This document shows, piece by piece, positions 59,363 to 64,000 of a stretch of DNA of 64,000 nucleotides. The DNA is from Acidimicrobiia bacterium (GTDB lineage Bacteria > Actinomycetota > Acidimicrobiia > Spongiisociales > Spongiisociaceae): positions 10,481-74,480 of the forward strand of contig JBFGLM010000024.1 in assembly GCA_041576165.1 (NCBI GenBank), in the 5' to 3' direction. The notes beneath the pieces are model-generated. The model had not been told where the DNA came from, made no database searches, and was given only the letters and a program-made list of their open reading frames with translations. The position numbers and the translations under genes are program-made. Position 1 is the stretch's first letter, and every line of letters begins with the position of its first letter.

Positions 59363-59395
59363 TCTCATCGACCGCTCATTCACGCTGCCGATAAT
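59363..59395 (+). promoter_or_regulatory. OmpR-type direct repeat and -10 element of the response regulator
   Basis: TCTCAT-n5-GCTCAT (11-bp period), then GATAAT 6 nt before ATG 59402. Confidence 0.5.
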
Positions 59396-59401
59396 GGCCC
59401 T

Positions 59402-60070
59402 ATGAAGCCCCGGATACTGGTGGTCGACGACGACGAACGAATCGCCGCGTCGGTGCGCCGCGCGCTGGCCTACGAGGGGTATGCCGTCACCGAGGCCCAC
59501 GATGGCCATGCCGCGCTGGCGGCAGTCCGCAACCATGTGCCTGACCTGGTCGTGCTCGACGTCATGCTCCCCGGAATCGACGGTATCGAGGTCTGCCGCC
59601 GGATGCGGGCGGCCGGAGATGACGTTGCGGTGCTCATGCTCACAGCCAAAACCACCGTCCCCGATCGAGTGGAGGGCCTCGACAGCGGTGCCGACGACTA
59701 CTTGGTCAAGCCCTTCGCCCATGAAGAGCTGCTGGCCCGGGTGCGATCACTGCTACGCCGCAAGGCGCCGTCCGGTCGGGAGGTTCTGAGCTTCGCCGAC
59801 GTACGGATGGACGTCGACGCGATGGAGGTCGAGCGGGCCGGTCGGACCATCGACCTGACCGCACTGGAATTCCGGCTGCTGGAGTACCTGCTGCGCAACC
59901 AGCGGATCGTGTTGAGCCGTGCCCGCATCCTGGAAGCGGTGTGGGGCCTCGATGCCGACACCACCTCGAACGTAGTCGACGTCTACGTGCGCTACCTGCG
60001 CCAGAAGCTCGGAGACCCGACGATCATTCAGACCGTGCGCAGCGTTGGCTACATCGTCAAGACGGCCTGA
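59402..60070 (+). CDS. OmpR-family response regulator (MprA/PrrA-like)
   Basis: ILVVDDD, LDVMLPG, LMLTA, GADDYLVKPF, SNVVDVYVRYLRQKL, TVRSVGY. Confidence 0.93.
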   Translation: MKPRILVVDDDERIAASVRRALAYEGYAVTEAHDGHAALAAVRNHVPDLVVLDVMLPGIDGIEVCRRMRAAGDDVAVLMLTAKTTVPDRVEGLDSGADDYLVKPFAHEELLARVRSLLRRKAPSGREVLSFADVRMDVDAMEVERAGRTIDLTALEFRLLEYLLRNQRIVLSRARILEAVWGLDADTTSNVVDVYVRYLRQKLGDPTIIQTVRSVGYIVKTA

Positions 60071-61470
60071 TGCGCTACCGGTGGCGCTTGGCGCTGTACG
60101 GGGCAGGGTTAGTCGCCATCATGATGCTGTTGTTTGGCGGGCTGCTGTCCGGATTGGTGACGGCAGCGGCGCCGGACGAGCAGGCCAAGACGTTGGGCAA
60201 CCAGGCGCAGGCCTTGGCCGACGCGTTAGACGGCGCCGAGCCGGCAGCCGTGGCGTACCCCGCCCTGGCCCGGGTCGACGTGGCGACCGGTCAGGAGGCG
60301 GCGATCAGCGTGGTCGACGAGTCGGGCACGCTGATCGGCGGCACTGCGCTGGTGGGAGCCTCTCCGCCCGCCTTCGATCGGGCGTTCATCGAGCGAGTGG
60401 TGGCCGACGGAACCGCCGGAGATGTCGTGCAGATCGGGCCGGTGGAGATCCGAGCGGAGGGAGCCGCCTTCATCCTGGCCGACGGCAGCCCCGCCGCTGT
60501 CTTTGCTGTCCAGCAAACGTCCGCGGTGGAGGAACAACTTGCCGGGTTGCGCGCCGTGGTGTGGATCGCAGCCGCGATCGCGTTCGTCGTGGCTCTCGCC
60601 GCCAGCTGGCTCGTGTCCGGACGGGCACTGCGACCGTTGCGCCGCATGGCGGCCATCGCCGACGAGATCCGGGAGACCGGCGATCTTTCGCGCCGGTTGC
60701 CCCGGGTGAGGTCGAAGAAGGACGAGCTGGCCAGAATCACGACCAGCTTCAACGACATGGTCTCCCAACTCGAGGTGAGTCAGGATGAGCTGGCGGCCGC
60801 CCTGGCAGCCCAACGGCGGTTCGTCGCCGACGCGTCGCACGAATTGCGCAGTCCGCTGACGACGATCCGCAACAACGCGGAGTTCCTGCTCGAGCGAACC
60901 GACATCGATCCCGCCGACGAACGGGACGCAATTGCGGACATCTCGGCCGAGGCGAAACGCATGGCCGGCCTGGTGGACGACCTGCTGGCGCTGGCGCGAG
61001 GCGAATCGCTTGACCGCCGGACTCGCGTCTCGATCGAGGAGCTCATTGAGGCGGAGGCCGACCGTTTGCGACGTGCCGGGCACGCCGTTGACGTCCACAT
61101 CGAACGTGGGGCCGTCATGGGGGATGCCGCTGCGCTGGAACGACTGCTGCGCATCCTCACCACTAACGCACTCCACCACGGTCGGGCGCCACTCACCCTG
61201 CGCTGTGGACACCGGCGCGGAAACATATTCTTCGGCGTGGCCGACCAGGGCGAAGGCTTCCCGTCCGAAGACCTGGTGTCGATATTCGACCGGTTCTACC
61301 GCGCCGATCCGGCCCGACGCCGCACCGGTACCGGGTTGGGATTGGCCATCGCCAACAAAATCGCCGAAGCGCACGGTGGGCGCATGATTGCGGCCAATCG
61401 TCCGGGGGGCGGGGCGGTGGTAGAGGTGGAACTCCCGGTGGCGGAAGCGATCGAGGTCACCGACGATTGA
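60070..61470 (+). CDS. HAMP-domain sensor histidine kinase
   Basis: Two TM, HAMP, FVADASHELRSPL, DQGEG, IFDRFYR, GTGLGLAI; TGATG overlap with the regulator. Confidence 0.93.
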   Translation: MRYRWRLALYGAGLVAIMMLLFGGLLSGLVTAAAPDEQAKTLGNQAQALADALDGAEPAAVAYPALARVDVATGQEAAISVVDESGTLIGGTALVGASPPAFDRAFIERVVADGTAGDVVQIGPVEIRAEGAAFILADGSPAAVFAVQQTSAVEEQLAGLRAVVWIAAAIAFVVALAASWLVSGRALRPLRRMAAIADEIRETGDLSRRLPRVRSKKDELARITTSFNDMVSQLEVSQDELAAALAAQRRFVADASHELRSPLTTIRNNAEFLLERTDIDPADERDAIADISAEAKRMAGLVDDLLALARGESLDRRTRVSIEELIEAEADRLRRAGHAVDVHIERGAVMGDAAALERLLRILTTNALHHGRAPLTLRCGHRRGNIFFGVADQGEGFPSEDLVSIFDRFYRADPARRRTGTGLGLAIANKIAEAHGGRMIAANRPGGGAVVEVELPVAEAIEVTDD

Positions 61471-62221
61471 ACAACACGCTCTTGCAGCTGATGGCACCCT
61501 CGGCTTTGGCAAACTCAGACACGTCGAGCGCCGTGACCTCATAACCATGGGCGGCCAGGTTGTCGATCGTCCGCGGCGCAGAGAGATCCGCTAACAACAC
61601 CTCTCCGATCCGGACCACGTTGGCGCCCTGAGGCTCGTCGGGGTGAACCTCGATCACTTTGGCGTCGACCTGCGAGAGGTCCACAAACGGCGGATGGGCG
61701 ACGATCGTGTCCGGGTCCGGTGCGGTGGCGGCTGTTTTGAGGTGCAAACATCCGCTGACCGGAACACTTTGCACCCGATACCCCCACGGCTCCACCAGAT
61801 CGGCCAGCGCCCGAGCGCCCCGTGAGGTTGTGCGGTCCGTCGCTCCAACCAGAATGGTGCGGTCCATCACAATGATGTCGCCGCCGTCGATGGTCGCCGG
61901 CGCCCCTACACGGACCAGCTCACGATACGGTTCGATCGCCGTCGCCAGGCTGTCCAGCTCGCCCAGCCGCGGTCGTGCTCCGGGGCGCAGCAGGACGGCC
62001 ACTTCATCCAGAACCAGAAGGGGGTCTTCGACGAAGACGGCATCGGGATGGTCCGCCAAGCGCTCCAGCTCGATCACCTCCACCCCGAGGTCCTTCAGAG
62101 CCTGCACGTACGCCGCGTGCTGCTCGTGCGCCAAATCGATATCGATGGGCGTGCGTGCCAGGTGGGTGAGCTCGCACCGTTGTAGCTCAGGCCCGGTCGG
62201 CCGGGTCAGGGCGGTCAGCAT
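61457..62221 (-). CDS. dimethylarginine dimethylaminohydrolase (amidinotransferase fold)
   Basis: CELTH, PDAVFVED, IDGGD, LHLKT, AN, KAEGAISC catalytic Cys; TATGCT 6 nt before ATG. Confidence 0.88.
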   Translation of the reverse strand: MLTALTRPTGPELQRCELTHLARTPIDIDLAHEQHAAYVQALKDLGVEVIELERLADHPDAVFVEDPLLVLDEVAVLLRPGARPRLGELDSLATAIEPYRELVRVGAPATIDGGDIIVMDRTILVGATDRTTSRGARALADLVEPWGYRVQSVPVSGCLHLKTAATAPDPDTIVAHPPFVDLSQVDAKVIEVHPDEPQGANVVRIGEVLLADLSAPRTIDNLAAHGYEVTALDVSEFAKAEGAISCKSVLFNRR

Positions 62222-62273
62222 GCAACCAGCATACGGACCCAGCGGCCCTCGCCGGGGCTGGTGATCGGCGCAG

Positions 62274-62328
62274 TCTCACCATCCCCTCATGAAACTCCCA
62301 CCGGCACCCAACCGGCCCATTCGATGCT
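62274..62328 (+). promoter_or_regulatory. triple 11-bp-period direct repeat and -10 element
   Basis: TCTCAC (62274), CCTCAT (62285), TCCCAC (62296); GATGCT 6 nt before ATG 62335. Confidence 0.45.
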
Positions 62329-62334
62329 GGGTCC

Positions 62335-62748
62335 ATGGCATCAACACTGACACCAGCCGTTCGAGCGGGCATAGCGGCGCAGACGGGTCGCGTGGAGCGG
62401 CTCCGCATCCTGGTTCTCATACAGGCGGTGATCGCCGGGACCTCCGCCGTCGAAGCGACGATCTTCTCTGCGCTGGGTGGAGGACATCCGCTACCCATGT
62501 TCCTGACCATCGGGGGGACCGCCCTCACGGCCTGGTTGGCGTGGCGGCTGCGCCGGCCCCGCCGCCGCACCTTTCGCACCGTACGGCGGATCCAGATCTG
62601 CTGGCTGTTCTTCGGGCTGATCGACCTGGGGCTGTCGCTGTTCCTCGCACAGCGGGGACTGAGCCCGGTCGCGGTGCTGACCCGCTTCGTATTGCCGATC
62701 TGGATCTACGTCATCGCCAGGAAGGAGTCCCGCCGTGCAATGGCATGA
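62335..62748 (+). CDS. small integral membrane protein (4 TM)
   Basis: Hydrophobic helices; overlaps the next gene, whose AAGGAG SD lies inside it. Confidence 0.7.
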   Translation: MASTLTPAVRAGIAAQTGRVERLRILVLIQAVIAGTSAVEATIFSALGGGHPLPMFLTIGGTALTAWLAWRLRRPRRRTFRTVRRIQICWLFFGLIDLGLSLFLAQRGLSPVAVLTRFVLPIWIYVIARKESRRAMA

Positions 62749-63925
62749 GACCATTCCCCTCCCACCCGGAACCCCGCCGCCTCCCGACGCCAGCGCCGCT
62801 CAGGTGGTCGATGCGTACGTCGGCAGCGCCATGTACGAGGTGATCGAGGAGCATCAACTGGCATTGCTCATGGCGCTGGCATTACCGCTGGTCGTGTGGG
62901 GACTGCGCCGCTGGCGACCCCATCGCCTAACCCGCCTCGACGCACTGCAACCGCTGGAGCGCATGCTGGCCTGGATTCTGGTGCTTTCAGCCACAATCCA
63001 CGCCGGCCTGGCGCTGGGGCATGAGCCGTCCGGGTTTTCTTTGCTCTACATCGGCGGCACCATTGCGCCGTGGCTGGCCCTGCGCAGGATGCTGGCCGGC
63101 GAGCCCTGGAAGCGCACCGTCCGGCTCGTGCTGCTGGGCTTGACCATTGGCTATGCGGTCGTATCGTTCAGTGAGCCGCCGGACTCGTTCGGGTTGGCGA
63201 CCAAACTGCTTGAGCTGACTGGTCTGGCGATCGCACTGCGGCCGGCGGTCGAAACCCGCTGGCGGGCTATGGGAGCGTCGGTCGGTACATTCCTGGTGGC
63301 CATCGTCGTGTCGTTGGGCGGGTGGGTCGGTGCCATGTCGGCGGGTGATGGCGGCCATCACCTCGGTGCCACCCCGCCTCCAGGCGTGCTCTTGCCGCCG
63401 GGCGAGGATCGTCCTCCGACAGCAGCCGAGCGCGCCGCGGCCGAGGTCCTCTACCACGAGACGGCGCACTCGCTCGAGCGGTTTGCCGATCCGGCCGCCG
63501 CGGCAGCGGCGGGTTATCAGGTCGACGGCATGTCTGCCTTCGAAGGCCACGCCGACAATCCTGCCTACCAGCACGACGGGCGCGTCCTTGATCCCGATCA
63601 CCCGGAAACACTCGTGTATTCACGGGCCGCATCGGGTGAATGGGTGCTGCTCGGCGCCATGTACCAGACCGATGAGATCGGGGACGTGGGTCCTGCGGTC
63701 GGTGGCCCGCTGACGGTGTGGCATGCGCACGACCATGTGTGCATTTCGCTACCGATCGGCCTGTCGGGACTGACGTCGCCGTTCGGTCTTTGCCCGCTGG
63801 GGTCGATCACGATCCCGGTGACGAACGAGATGTTGCACGTATGGACACTGCCCGGCCTGGATGCCGGCGAGGTCTTCGGCGACATCGACGAGGAGCGGCT
63901 TGCCGCGTATCTCGCCGAGCGTTGA
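62735..63925 (+). CDS. membrane protein with His/Met/Cys-rich extracellular domain
   Basis: About 6 TM with IHAGLALGH, then GGHH, HADNP...LDPDHPETLVY, LLGAMY, WHAHDHVC, MLHVW. Confidence 0.75.
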   Translation: MQWHETIPLPPGTPPPPDASAAQVVDAYVGSAMYEVIEEHQLALLMALALPLVVWGLRRWRPHRLTRLDALQPLERMLAWILVLSATIHAGLALGHEPSGFSLLYIGGTIAPWLALRRMLAGEPWKRTVRLVLLGLTIGYAVVSFSEPPDSFGLATKLLELTGLAIALRPAVETRWRAMGASVGTFLVAIVVSLGGWVGAMSAGDGGHHLGATPPPGVLLPPGEDRPPTAAERAAAEVLYHETAHSLERFADPAAAAAAGYQVDGMSAFEGHADNPAYQHDGRVLDPDHPETLVYSRAASGEWVLLGAMYQTDEIGDVGPAVGGPLTVWHAHDHVCISLPIGLSGLTSPFGLCPLGSITIPVTNEMLHVWTLPGLDAGEVFGDIDEERLAAYLAER

Positions 63926-64000
63926 GCTCCCAGCAACCGGTGCGCAGGCTCGTCTGCCGGAACCGGCGGCTCAGGATTCGAGGACCTCGTCGATCCAACC

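Overview
High-GC actinobacterial chromosome segment. WhiB, GlnR, ask-asd with an internal beta start and many apparently leaderless genes point to Actinomycetota; Acidimicrobiia is a tentative guess. The content is mostly housekeeping and metabolic: three tRNAs (Asp, Phe, Pro), fused 2-oxoacid dehydrogenase E1, argS, glcDEF-like oxidase, hydantoinase A/B, two APC permeases, a TRAP system, ALDH7/RidA, Fe-S carriers, selA-selB, whiB, ask-asd, murJ and a two-component system. No CRISPR array, integrase or transposase was seen. The most interesting locus is a compact nitrogen module. An intact type II glutamine synthetase sits divergent from a type I-alpha GS homolog whose catalytic NRS arginine is replaced by Gln, while the Gln-feedback Arg/Glu pair is kept. 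That gene is translationally coupled to glnR, and a GlnR-box-like array lies between the two GS genes. This suggests a possible pseudo-GS nitrogen sensor partnering GlnR (inference). Other leads: a structured ~140-nt sRNA candidate, a TCS regulon marked by 11-bp-period repeats, an orphan TcpC-like gene, a probably inactive NfeD upstream of whiB, and an Mrr_N-like relic after tRNA-Pro. All calls come from motif recognition by eye; no database search was run.
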